Assembly (NCBI GenBank): GCA_951812655.1
Contig: OX638319.1
Span: 1,155,620 to 1,187,619, forward strand
DNA length: 32,000 nucleotides
Direction of reading: 5' to 3'
Source of the DNA: an uncultured Candidatus Nitrosopumilus sp.
Lineage (GTDB): Archaea > Thermoproteota > Nitrososphaeria > Nitrososphaerales > Nitrosopumilaceae
Program-made: the position numbers and the translations under genes
Shown: in pieces, positions 1 to 8,703 of the stretch
Layout of the letters: every line of letters starts with the position of its first letter
Position numbering within the stretch: the stretch's first letter is position 1
The notes under the pieces: model-generated
What the model saw: the letters and a program-made list of their open reading frames with translations, nothing else
What the model was told of the DNA's origin: nothing
The model's database searches: none

Positions 1-2000
1 AAGAACGAGGAATTACAATTTATCAGGCAAATGTAACCTTGCTTTATTCTCAAAAAGATCAAGAGTATGTAATTAACATGATTGATACTCCCGGACACGT
101 TGATTTCAGTGGAAGGGTAATCCGTAGTCTTAGAGCTATTGATGGAGCTGTGGTTGTTTGTGATGCTGTTGAAGGCATTATGACTCAAACTGAAACCGTG
201 ACTCGAATGGCACTTGAAGAACGCGTAAAACCGGTTCTGTTCATTAACAAAGTGGACAGGCTTATCAAAGAACTGCGATTGACTCCTGAAAAAATGCAAG
301 CTCAATTGGCTGAAGTGGTTTCAAACTTTAATCAGCTGGTTGAAACATATGCCGAACAAGAATACAAAGACAAATGGAAGGTATCCATTCAAGATGCCAG
401 TGTCACATTTGGTTCAGCCAAGGACAGATGGGCAATTAATACTGATTTAATGAAAGAAAGAGGAATCACATTCAAAGATGTTATTGATGCATATAATGAC
501 GAAAAAGTTGCAGATCTCGTAGAGAAAGCACCTCTTGCTGATGCTGTTCTTGGAATGGTTGTAAGACATCATCCTGCCCCTCATGAGGCTATCAAATACA
601 GAATCCCACAAATCTGGAAGGGTGATTTGGAATCAGATGTGGGAAAAGCTTTGCTTGCTGGTGATGATGACGGTCCAACTATCATGATGGTTGTAAATAT
701 GGTCTTGGATCCTGCAGCAGGACCTGTCGCAATCGGAAGGTTATTTTCTGGAACCATCAAAGATGGACAAACATTACACATCATTGATGAAAAGAGAGAG
801 GGAAGAGTCCAGTCTGTCAACTTCTTTATGGGCAACCAAAGAGAACAGGTGGGTGAACTTGGAGCTGGAAACATTCCTGCATTATTGGGGTTAACTGAAT
901 GCAGAGCCGGTAACACTTTGTCTTCTGTCAAGGGCATTCCGATGTTTGAAGGAGTAAAGTATGTTTCAGAACCCGTAGTTCAAATTGCTATAGAGCCAAA
1001 ACATCCTAAAGATTTACCTAAACTCGTTGAAATTTTAAAGCAGCTTACAATCGAGGATCCTAACCTCGTCGTAAAAATAGATGAAGAAAGTGGCGAAACA
1101 ATTGTCGCTGGAATGGGTGTATTGCACTTGGATGTGGCCGTACACAGAATTCAGGATGCGAAATGTGACATTGTTACATCAGAGCCTTTGATTAACTACA
1201 GGGAGACTGTGAAAGCTGCATGTGAGCCAATTATGGCAAAATCTCCAAATCGACACAATAAAATTTTCATGAAAGTAGAGCCCCTTGAGCCAGAAATTGC
1301 GCACATGCTTAGGACGGGAGAAATCAGTGACTTGAAAGATAAGAAAGTGGTGTCTGATTTGCTCAAGGGTGCAGGATGGGATACTGACACAATTAAGAGA
1401 GTCATGAAGTTTGATTCTCGTGGCAACGTTTTGATAAACGGGACTAAGGGTGTTCAGTTTGTTCAAGAATCCACAGATTCAATTAATTCGGGTTTTGAAG
1501 AGGTAATGAGAGAAGGACCTCTTTGTAAGGAACAGATGAGGGATTGCAAGTTCATATTTACGCATTTTGTTCCTCACGAAGATACCGCACACCGAGGTTT
1601 GTCTCAATTGGGACCTGCTTCTCGTCGTGCATGTATGGGTGCATTATTGACTGCTGGTACAGCTGTTTTGGAACCTACATTAGCAATTGAAGTTCGTGTT
1701 CCAACTGATTTGGTAGGTAATGTTGCAACTATTTTGTCAGGAAAACGCGGAAAGGTTCTTGATATGTCTCAAAAAGGAGCGTCAAGTATTGTCGTTGGCG
1801 AAATTCCAGCTTCAGAAACGTTCACTTTGTCTGAAGCAATGAGAGGTCAAACTGCCGGACGTGCTACCTGGAATACGTCGTTTAAAGAATGGACAGAAGT
1901 TCCCAAATCTTTACTTGCTGCTGGTGTTGCTGATATACGAAAGAGAAAAGGATTGGCACCAGAACCTCCAGGTGTTAATGAGTTCATCGACAAAGCTTGA
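1..2000 (+). CDS. fusA: Translation elongation factor 2 (aEF-2), 5' end cut by window edge
   Basis: The reading frame is open from nt 3 (ERGITIYQANVT...). It continues into IDTPGHVDF (G3), NKVDR (G4) and the diphthamide-region motif DTAHRG near the C-terminus. Length and domain order fit EF-2/EF-G. The TTG at 39 is only the first start-like codon in the track, not the true start. Confidence 0.95.
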   Translation, partial: ERGITIYQANVTLLYSQKDQEYVINMIDTPGHVDFSGRVIRSLRAIDGAVVVCDAVEGIMTQTETVTRMALEERVKPVLFINKVDRLIKELRLTPEKMQAQLAEVVSNFNQLVETYAEQEYKDKWKVSIQDASVTFGSAKDRWAINTDLMKERGITFKDVIDAYNDEKVADLVEKAPLADAVLGMVVRHHPAPHEAIKYRIPQIWKGDLESDVGKALLAGDDDGPTIMMVVNMVLDPAAGPVAIGRLFSGTIKDGQTLHIIDEKREGRVQSVNFFMGNQREQVGELGAGNIPALLGLTECRAGNTLSSVKGIPMFEGVKYVSEPVVQIAIEPKHPKDLPKLVEILKQLTIEDPNLVVKIDEESGETIVAGMGVLHLDVAVHRIQDAKCDIVTSEPLINYRETVKAACEPIMAKSPNRHNKIFMKVEPLEPEIAHMLRTGEISDLKDKKVVSDLLKGAGWDTDTIKRVMKFDSRGNVLINGTKGVQFVQESTDSINSGFEEVMREGPLCKEQMRDCKFIFTHFVPHEDTAHRGLSQLGPASRRACMGALLTAGTAVLEPTLAIEVRVPTDLVGNVATILSGKRGKVLDMSQKGASSIVVGEIPASETFTLSEAMRGQTAGRATWNTSFKEWTEVPKSLLAAGVADIRKRKGLAPEPPGVNEFIDKA

Positions 2001-2084
2001 TCATTCATTTGTTCAAAACCTCCGAATTCCATCTCACAAAAACCAATTGATGTGTTTAAGGTAATTTCTGAAAAAGTTCTTCTG

Positions 2085-2342
2085 TCAATTTTCTTTTTTG
2101 CCTTCAAGTATGTGATTTAGTTTTTTTATCATTATGTTGTTTATGATAATTTCCAATTCAATTGAAGAACTATTGACTATTTTTTCACATAGATTGATTT
2201 CACTGTGGAGTCTTTCTCTTATTTCTTGATCTTGAAATATTTGTTTTTTTAAAGAAAATGCCTCTCTCTGATTCTTTACAAATATCTGTACCCAATAATA
2301 TCCAGTTTGACTGTCATCTATGTCTATTTCGCTAATCTTCAA
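2085..2342 (-). CDS. Hypothetical small protein (85 aa)
   Basis: Only ORF of 60 aa or more in this stretch. Composition is charged and protein-like. No motif recognised. Confidence 0.35.
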   Translation of the reverse strand: MKISEIDIDDSQTGYYWVQIFVKNQREAFSLKKQIFQDQEIRERLHSEINLCEKIVNSSSIELEIIINNIMIKKLNHILEGKKEN

Positions 2343-3212
2343 TTACTCTAATTGGATTATTGTGAACTTAAGTCTATACAAGTGGTTTCATGTTTGTACT
2401 CAAATTTATTGAGATTCATAATGGCATTTAAAATAAATGATATTGTTATTAAAACCAGTTCACTTGATTTTGTAAAATACGTATTTTGAATTATTTTGAT
2501 TTTGTGTTGTTTCAAATTTGGCCAAAATCAAATTTGGATTATGATGCATTCTTTTTTAAATTTATAATATGTAATTTCATTTGGGGTTTTTTGTTCTTAT
2601 TTGTTCAAATGATGTATTTGTAAATCATAATACAAATTGAGTAAATCTAACAATCTTGTAAAACTTGTGATCCTTCCAACTGATTGCCTGATTCTAATCT
2701 AATCTCATGCCCGCTGTTCTGTTTGGTAAGGATGATGCAGTATCTGAACAATTTTCTACATGTTCCTCATTTTCTGAATGTTTTCGCAATGATTAATCAC
2801 AGAAAATAAATCTCTGATTTAATTTAGTTTTTTCAGATGGATGTTCCTGATTGATTTTGTGTTCTCTTTTTACCTCTGACATAATAATATTTTTTGAGAA
2901 TTACAGAAATATTCAAAAATATTATTTTTAAATAATTCAACCCCTTTGATATTTTTTGGTCTTAGTTTGGATTGTTTGTAAAATAAATTTAGAATTGGTG
3001 GTAAGCCTGACGGTTGAGCACTACTGATGATGATTTCATATAAAAACAACTTCTGGCAATAACTTAAATCATTTTTGATTTTGATACTATTTTATTTTGA
3101 AAATTCTCTCTCCGAATTTTTCTTCTTACCCAAAGTTCTTAGGATGAATCATGTTCTCTTTTTAAATACGGCCATTCTAATTAAAGAATATTTTAAATCC
3201 ATTATGAGACTT

Positions 3213-3254
3213 TTATTACCTATGATTACCATTTATTACCAATAGTATATATAT
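3213..3254 (+). promoter_or_regulatory. Putative promoter: three 10-bp-phased (T/G)ATTACC repeats followed by a TATATATAT box
   Basis: TTATTACC lies at 3213-3220, TGATTACC at 3223-3230 and TTATTACC at 3233-3240. TATATATAT at 3246-3254 starts 30 nt upstream of the ATG at 3276, the spacing expected for an archaeal leaderless mRNA. Confidence 0.4.
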
Positions 3255-3275
3255 CAGATTGATTTACGCTATTTT

Positions 3276-3689
3276 ATGAGTACACAGTCTCAATCTAGCG
3301 ATGCATACATCATGTGTAAGCAAAATGTTCAAAAATACTTTGAAAATGTTACAAAACAAACCCCTCAGTATTTTCAATCTGTAACACACTTGCAAGATGA
3401 ATGTATGAAGACATGCGAAAAAACAATTACTGCCACAGTTACATTGCATCAGGAATTTGCAAAAAAATATGGAATAAGAACTGATATTCCTGATATTGTT
3501 AAAACGACAATTGTGGATACCAACAAGCAAATTGTTCAAGCAAGTACAATAAACAATCAATTGGTAAAAACAACCATTGATGCAACTGTACAAAACATCA
3601 AAACATTCAACGAAAATGTAAATGCATTTGCTGATTTAAACAAAAACATAATTCATTCTTGGATGAATTCATTCACACAAAAAAACTAG
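3276..3689 (+). CDS. Hypothetical protein (137 aa), Q/T/N/K-rich, predicted helical
   Basis: Clean ORF with an upstream TATA box and a downstream T-run. No catalytic motif recognised. Confidence 0.6.
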   Translation: MSTQSQSSDAYIMCKQNVQKYFENVTKQTPQYFQSVTHLQDECMKTCEKTITATVTLHQEFAKKYGIRTDIPDIVKTTIVDTNKQIVQASTINNQLVKTTIDATVQNIKTFNENVNAFADLNKNIIHSWMNSFTQKN

Positions 3690-3696
3690 TGTGAAG

Positions 3697-3710
3697 TTTT
3701 TCTTTTTTTT
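3697..3710 (+). terminator. Oligo-T tract (TTTTTCTTTTTTTT), candidate archaeal terminator
   Basis: The T-run begins 8 nt after the TAG stop at 3687-3689. Archaeal RNA polymerase terminates at oligo-T. Confidence 0.35.
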
Positions 3711-4428
3711 ATTAGAGATCGTATGCTGAAACAAACATTTAGATATTTTTTGATACCTCAACATGTTTACACTTTCATCTAATTTGCTGTTTGCAGAAAC
3801 TTTCGTATCTTGTTTTTTGTTCATAAAAAATTAATCATGAAATTTGACAATTTCTCATCAAATTTCATGGTGTGTTAGGTAATTACTATCACACAATTTC
3901 TATTTAAGATATTTCATTGATATGAAAAATTGAAAGTATGGGAATATTTGCATGTATGATAATGTGGTGTATATCTAGTTCTTTATTTTCAAAATCCTGT
4001 GTGTATTGAATAAAATGATTTTTTAATTGTTCAAAATCATTCTAATTACCCTCTAAGTTTCTAGCACGTTTCACCTTTTAAATTATGAAAGAAATGTATG
4101 ATTCACTATCTTTAATGATATGTTGTCCTTGGATATTTGATATAAATGATAACACTATGAAAACTAACTATCATTCTTAAAATTTCTTCATTTATACTGT
4201 GAATCCATAGATATGCTTAAGTATGATTATTTTTTCTTTTTTCCAAGAACAAAAGTTTTCCGATTGTTCTGAGTGTCAAAGTGCCAAAAGTAAATTTGAC
4301 GGAGTTTTTGATGACATGTATTCTTTTATGAAATCATTGTAATGATATTTTCTAAGTCAATTTCCAATGAATGAATTTGATCATTAAATACAATCTCATC
4401 TAGTTATTTATTCAGGTATGTCTTTTCT

Positions 4429-4689
4429 GTGTTAATGGGACTGTTATACACTAAATTTTACATGGATTTTGATGGTACTGAATGGGATCAGATTTCTAAT
4501 GATCCGATAGTTTTTCAGGCATCGAAGAAGAATGTAATATTGGAGATAGAGGATACTTCTCACAAGTCATATAAGCTGAATTTTAAGCAAGGTGGGAAAA
4601 TTAACATGTTCAGAGTTACTGGAAAATTTCGCCTTACGTGGAACGATGATGATCTTTCTGAAGCTAAAAATAGTGATAGGAATTTGTGA
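4429..4689 (+). CDS. Hypothetical small protein (86 aa; alternative ATG at 4435)
   Basis: ORF with balanced composition. Its stop overlaps the next ORF's start by 4 nt, which suggests an operon. Confidence 0.45.
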   Translation: MLMGLLYTKFYMDFDGTEWDQISNDPIVFQASKKNVILEIEDTSHKSYKLNFKQGGKINMFRVTGKFRLTWNDDDLSEAKNSDRNL

Positions 4690-4928
4690 TAAATACGATG
4701 TCTTTAGAAAATCAAATCAAATCAATTTCCGATGATTTTGAGCATGCCTCTCCAGAACAAATCGTTGAAGTATTAAATCAGATAAAGCCTTTTTTCAAGA
4801 GTTCTCTCATTTCTGAATATCTGCAGGGTAAAATTCAAAAAATATCTGAATGTGGTGATGTTGGAGAGAGAAAAAAGCTTTGTAAGGCATTGATGCCTTA
4901 CTTTGATTGGTATCTTCAGGGCCAGTGA
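4686..4928 (+). CDS. Hypothetical small protein (80 aa; likely true start ATG at 4698)
   Basis: ORF abutting the previous one on the same strand. Helical, charged composition. Confidence 0.45.
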   Translation: MINTMSLENQIKSISDDFEHASPEQIVEVLNQIKPFFKSSLISEYLQGKIQKISECGDVGERKKLCKALMPYFDWYLQGQ

Positions 4929-5013
4929 AAAGTATGAAAACACTACAGGGAAGTTCTTGATTTTTTAATTTTTAACAATAACGACACATCTCTAGGTTGA
5001 AGATATAGATGTT

Positions 5014-5565
5014 TTATTCAAATTGATTAATTTTGGTTAATGCTATTTTGATTATGTCTAGATCCTTTTTGGCCTGTGTCAAATCTCCTACTAGGTTTAC
5101 AAAATATTCATATCCCGTATTTTCAGCTTTACGTATGTCTGATTCATAGCATTCGAGTGCTTTTTGTAAAAATGGAATGTCCTCTTGGAGTTTATTTACA
5201 GATTCAACATCTCCCAGACTATCTTGAATTTTTTTCACGGTCTCATCTATTTTTGGTACTGTTTTTCTTGCTTGTTGGTTTAACACTGGTGCAAACATGG
5301 CTCCAGCTTCTTTAAGCTCTGGACTGTTGTTGAGTGTTTTTAGTCTATTTTTGTAATGATTCAATGATTTTAAAACGATTTCATATCCTCCTTCATCTTT
5401 GAAATATATTTCACCCAGCCACATCTTTTCAGTCAATACAAAATGTGTTTTTTGTAGATTATTATAACTTAGTTGTCTACCAACCTGAATTTGTTCTTGA
5501 ACCTTTAGTCTAAAAATGAACCATTTGACGTTAAACATCAAATGTCTCTGCAACTGGAGATTCAT
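5014..5565 (-). CDS. Hypothetical protein (183 aa; alternative start at 5538), helical C-terminal half
   Basis: Long ORF with protein-like composition, immediately downstream of the small membrane ORF on the same strand. Confidence 0.55.
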   Translation of the reverse strand: MNLQLQRHLMFNVKWFIFRLKVQEQIQVGRQLSYNNLQKTHFVLTEKMWLGEIYFKDEGGYEIVLKSLNHYKNRLKTLNNSPELKEAGAMFAPVLNQQARKTVPKIDETVKKIQDSLGDVESVNKLQEDIPFLQKALECYESDIRKAENTGYEYFVNLVGDLTQAKKDLDIIKIALTKINQFE

Positions 5566-5755
5566 TTCTGTTGATTAGATATAGGAGAATTCCTGCTAGG
5601 GTGACTCCGATGCCGCCAAGGCCGATGAATGTGCCTGTATTTTTGACAAATCTCAACAGTGAATCTGTTTGGCCCATTTCAATAGAGTAGAACATTACCA
5701 ATCCTGTCGCAAACATGGAAATTCCAACCACTATTGTTGTGATTTCCATTTTCAT
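5531..5755 (-). CDS. Small membrane protein (74 aa, two predicted TM helices)
   Basis: Two hydrophobic segments: ITTIVVGISMFATGLVMFY and FIGLGGIGVTLAGILLYLI. Confidence 0.55.
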   Translation of the reverse strand: MKMEITTIVVGISMFATGLVMFYSIEMGQTDSLLRFVKNTGTFIGLGGIGVTLAGILLYLINRNESPVAETFDV

Positions 5756-5977
5756 GCTAAAGATAAATTTTTGTGATTAATAAATTTCTAAAGTCATGAA
5801 TGTGAATCTCTGTATGTTGAAATTAGATCTTTCAATTGTTTTACATTGTTTTCATTTGTCATTTACCAAAAAACCAAAATTCTGCCTCATTTATTTAAGA
5901 CTTGATCCACTTTCACATTTCTGTTTTATAGAGTAAATTGATAGCTTATATTTAGTAAATGAATTTTTGATTGTGAA

Positions 5978-6355
5978 ATGGCAGCAAAAAAAATTGATCT
6001 ACTTGACATAGTTCAAAAAATTCTCAAGTTGGATTCTAAAATGAGGTTTGCAGCTATAATTGATCCAAAAGGTAAGATCCGTGAGGCAATAATGAGTGCT
6101 GGGAAAACCAATCTGAAAAACCAAAAAGAAGAGGAACATTTCTGCAAACAGGTCGCTCAAAGACGTTCTATGAGAAAGGAATTTGATAGATCTCTTGGCA
6201 AAGTACGATACGTTCACGTTGAGCGTGAGAAGGTTTCTCAGATGGTAATTTACACAAAAAGGAATATCGTGTACTTTACAATGGAACCTGAATTGGCCAT
6301 TGACAAGAAGATCCGATTGATAACTAAGATTAAGAAAATAACGTCTGATCTTTAA
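5978..6355 (+). CDS. Hypothetical protein (125 aa)
   Basis: Clean ORF with basic, alternating alpha/beta-like composition. No family assigned with confidence. Confidence 0.6.
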   Translation: MAAKKIDLLDIVQKILKLDSKMRFAAIIDPKGKIREAIMSAGKTNLKNQKEEEHFCKQVAQRRSMRKEFDRSLGKVRYVHVEREKVSQMVIYTKRNIVYFTMEPELAIDKKIRLITKIKKITSDL

Positions 6356-6378
6356 GGCATATTCGCTTAAGATTTATC

Positions 6379-6741
6379 ATGCATATCAAATATCTTGGAG
6401 ATTCTAAGATGTTTGAATATGACAAACACTATAGGGAGTGTCAGCAAAGCAACGAACCTTTTATCAGAGCAAAAATCAGCCCCGTGCACAAAAACTATTT
6501 TGTTCAAATTGATTTGATGACGTGTGATTTTAAATTGTCAAAACAAGGTCAAGCACAAATTAAAAAACTCGTTAAGAACGAAGAAAATTATGTTAACTCA
6601 AAATCTCTGTATGACTTTGGAGGATTTAGCATAACTGATGAACTCTCGTGGTTTGACGGCATTTCCTCTGAACACTTGGATGATTTTTGCAACAGTCTAT
6701 ATGATTTTACAATGCGTCTGCATCAATCAAAACCTAATTAG
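6379..6741 (+). CDS. Hypothetical protein (120 aa; alternative start 6409)
   Basis: ORF 23 nt downstream of the previous gene on the same strand. Confidence 0.5.
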   Translation: MHIKYLGDSKMFEYDKHYRECQQSNEPFIRAKISPVHKNYFVQIDLMTCDFKLSKQGQAQIKKLVKNEENYVNSKSLYDFGGFSITDELSWFDGISSEHLDDFCNSLYDFTMRLHQSKPN

Positions 6742-6933
6742 GTTTTTCAAAATTTTGTCTATGACTTGAATTTCTTTTTTCCTTTCCTTTATTGTGGTCT
6801 GGTTCCATTCTTTTGCAAAGTCTGATTTTTTATCCATCTTTTCCATCTCATCTACAAACTTGATCATGTGAATTTTGTAGTCGTGAAGTAAATCTAGATG
6901 TTTGTTATGATTTTTCTCATTTTGCGTTGTCAT
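6727..6933 (-). CDS. Small coiled-coil-like protein (68 aa)
   Basis: K/E-rich ORF that overlaps the upstream ORF 6917-7156 by 17 nt on the same strand. Confidence 0.45.
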   Translation of the reverse strand: MTTQNEKNHNKHLDLLHDYKIHMIKFVDEMEKMDKKSDFAKEWNQTTIKERKKEIQVIDKILKNLIRF

Positions 6934-7156
6934 TCCATTCCTCCGTTTTAATGTCTGGAAACATGTCCCTGATTCTCTCTCTATCTTTTTCCATGGCCTC
7001 TATTCTGCTGTCCAGGTGACTCTTGATGGCTGGTTCAAACTCCTGACTTTTCTCTTTTTGAATGTCTGAGATAATTTTTGTCAATGACTTGTAGTACAAA
7101 ATATGTTTCTGTTTGGATTCTTCTGATGTGTCTTCTTCTTTAATGTCCATTAACAT
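6917..7156 (-). CDS. Small coiled-coil-like protein (79 aa) with YKSLTK...MFPD pattern
   Basis: K/E-rich ORF, colinear with the ORF at 13914-14117 (YK[ST]L[ST]K, then about 40 aa, then MFP[DE]). Confidence 0.5.
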   Translation of the reverse strand: MLMDIKEEDTSEESKQKHILYYKSLTKIISDIQKEKSQEFEPAIKSHLDSRIEAMEKDRERIRDMFPDIKTEEWNDNAK

Positions 7157-7291
7157 ATGTAATTATTTTGAAAATAAGTACTTGACCCTCTGAATTTTTT
7201 GCTAATGCAAGCATGATACACATACAATTGATATTGACAACTATGGATGATTTTGGTTTACACTAATATTGGAATTGAATAAGCCAAACAC

Positions 7292-7564
7292 ATGAAAATT
7301 TTGATTGATGAAATGGACGATGGCTGGGATGAGAGACTCAAGGAACTGGGTTATGACGCATATAGCGTAAAGAAATTAAGATTGGCTGGCCATAAGCTGC
7401 GAACTGATTACTCTGTAATCAACTATGCTAAAGAAAATGACATGATTTTAGTCACTCGCGATACTGAGAGTGGTCAGGCATGCGAGGAAAACGATTTGCC
7501 CTATATTCTATTAGATAACAACGAAATATTCAAAATAATAGTTGACAAGCTAAAGAATTACTAG
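7292..7564 (+). CDS. PIN-like / Mut7-C-type small protein (DUF5615-like), 90 aa
   Basis: MKILIDEM..., LKELGYDAYSV and YAKENDMILVTRD match my recollection of the DUF5615 pattern (MKfLlDEn...G.dv..v...D.eil.yA.eegrilvTrD). Confidence 0.55.
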   Translation: MKILIDEMDDGWDERLKELGYDAYSVKKLRLAGHKLRTDYSVINYAKENDMILVTRDTESGQACEENDLPYILLDNNEIFKIIVDKLKNY

Positions 7565-8130
7565 TTGACATTTTTAGAATCGGTTTGGTGAATTCTTAGA
7601 TTTGCAAGAACCTCATTTAGGAAATTTTCTTCTTGTTGATGCATGATGTCGTTCATGATTGACTCCCAACAGTCACTAATCTTTCTTGCAATCTGTGAAT
7701 ACATTTTGTCTTTTCTAAATGCAGGATAATAAGATAGCAACTTCATAATTCCATCTGTTGACTGCACTATGTGTATCTGATGGATTGTAGATCTTAACCT
7801 TTCCTGAAATGTGTATTTTTCCTCTTTCATCGCAATTTCAAAATTGATGATCTCACCGTGTATCATTTCTATTTCTTTGTGAAGATTTTTGAGTTGAGTG
7901 TTTACGGATTCTGAAAGATTGATCAATTCGTACTCTATATGTGCCCTGCTGTGTACTTTTTTTTCTATCTCTCCAGATTCCACTAGCTCACTGATTTCCC
8001 TGTAAACTATTTTTTCATTACCTACTTTGGAAATCACCCTCTTGGCAAGTTCAGTTCCGCGGGTTTTTCCGTTTTCGTTGAGCACTCTGATGATTTCTGT
8101 TTTAATTATGTCGGAGTTCCTATCTGTCAT
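7561..8130 (-). CDS. Winged-helix DNA-binding protein (189 aa) with helical C-terminal extension
   Basis: The N-terminus IIRVLNENGKTRGTELAKRV...IVYREISELVESGEIEK has an HTH/wHTH pattern. Confidence 0.6.
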   Translation of the reverse strand: MTDRNSDIIKTEIIRVLNENGKTRGTELAKRVISKVGNEKIVYREISELVESGEIEKKVHSRAHIEYELINLSESVNTQLKNLHKEIEMIHGEIINFEIAMKEEKYTFQERLRSTIHQIHIVQSTDGIMKLLSYYPAFRKDKMYSQIARKISDCWESIMNDIMHQQEENFLNEVLANLRIHQTDSKNVN

Positions 8131-8365
8131 TTCTCACCATGTATTTTTCCAAAACTGTCTTCTCTCCAAATTCATTAATCTCTGTGATGAGGTGTTCCAA
8201 AATCTCTATCCCTATCTTTATTGGTTCTTTTTCTATGTCCTTGTGCTCCAATTTCCCTTTGAGCACCATTCTCTCATTGTTTACAAAACTTATCAGAGTG
8301 ACGTCCTTTCCCATGTTTAGGTTTATGAAGAAGTCTATGTATTCTGTGGCTGTTGCTATTGCCAT
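8120..8365 (-). CDS. Hypothetical small protein (81 aa)
   Basis: ORF overlapping the downstream wHTH gene by 11 nt on the same strand, which suggests an operon. Confidence 0.5.
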   Translation of the reverse strand: MAIATATEYIDFFINLNMGKDVTLISFVNNERMVLKGKLEHKDIEKEPIKIGIEILEHLITEINEFGEKTVLEKYMVRNDR

Positions 8366-8442
8366 GTTGGGGAAATCTTGTCCCCGTATTTGTTTGAAGG
8401 CCTAAAAATTAGGTTTATTTACAATTTTCACCTACTTTCTGG

Positions 8443-8703
8443 ATGGACAGATGTAACGTAAAAGTCCGTGCCTATAAAAACGGCAAGACGTTTGATCAAT
8501 GTAGGGATATCGCCGAATCGATGAATCCTGATTTTAAAAAGTACATACAAGAGAAAGGAAAAATCATGTGGAATGATATTCTGGAAAAAGTTGAACATGA
8601 TGAAATTGTATACAAGTTGACTCTGAAATTTTTGAGACGCGATGGGTATGATATTGGCAACCATAAAATTCCCGAGGTTAAAAAATTCCCTATCCTGGAT
8701 TGA
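8443..8703 (+). CDS. Hypothetical small protein (86 aa)
   Basis: The plus-strand ORF has balanced, charged composition. The competing minus ORF 8428-8718 is F/I-rich and looks like a shadow. Confidence 0.5.
   Translation: MDRCNVKVRAYKNGKTFDQCRDIAESMNPDFKKYIQEKGKIMWNDILEKVEHDEIVYKLTLKFLRRDGYDIGNHKIPEVKKFPILD

Noticed and set aside
581-1466. ORFs 581-937, 1179-1466 and 1196-1426 on the minus strand inside fusA
   Set aside because: They are antisense shadows of a strongly supported EF-2 frame. Composition is Ser/Pro/Cys-rich and unlike real proteins.
2694-2882. Minus-strand 62-codon frame with protein-like composition
   Set aside because: It is interrupted by an in-frame TAA and both halves are very short. 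It is mentioned only as a possible gene remnant within the gene-poor region finding.
3021-3090. AUGAUGA (perfect C-box-like heptamer at 3027-3033) suggesting a C/D box sRNA
   Set aside because: There is no CUGA D or D' box at the required spacing downstream, and no terminal stem.
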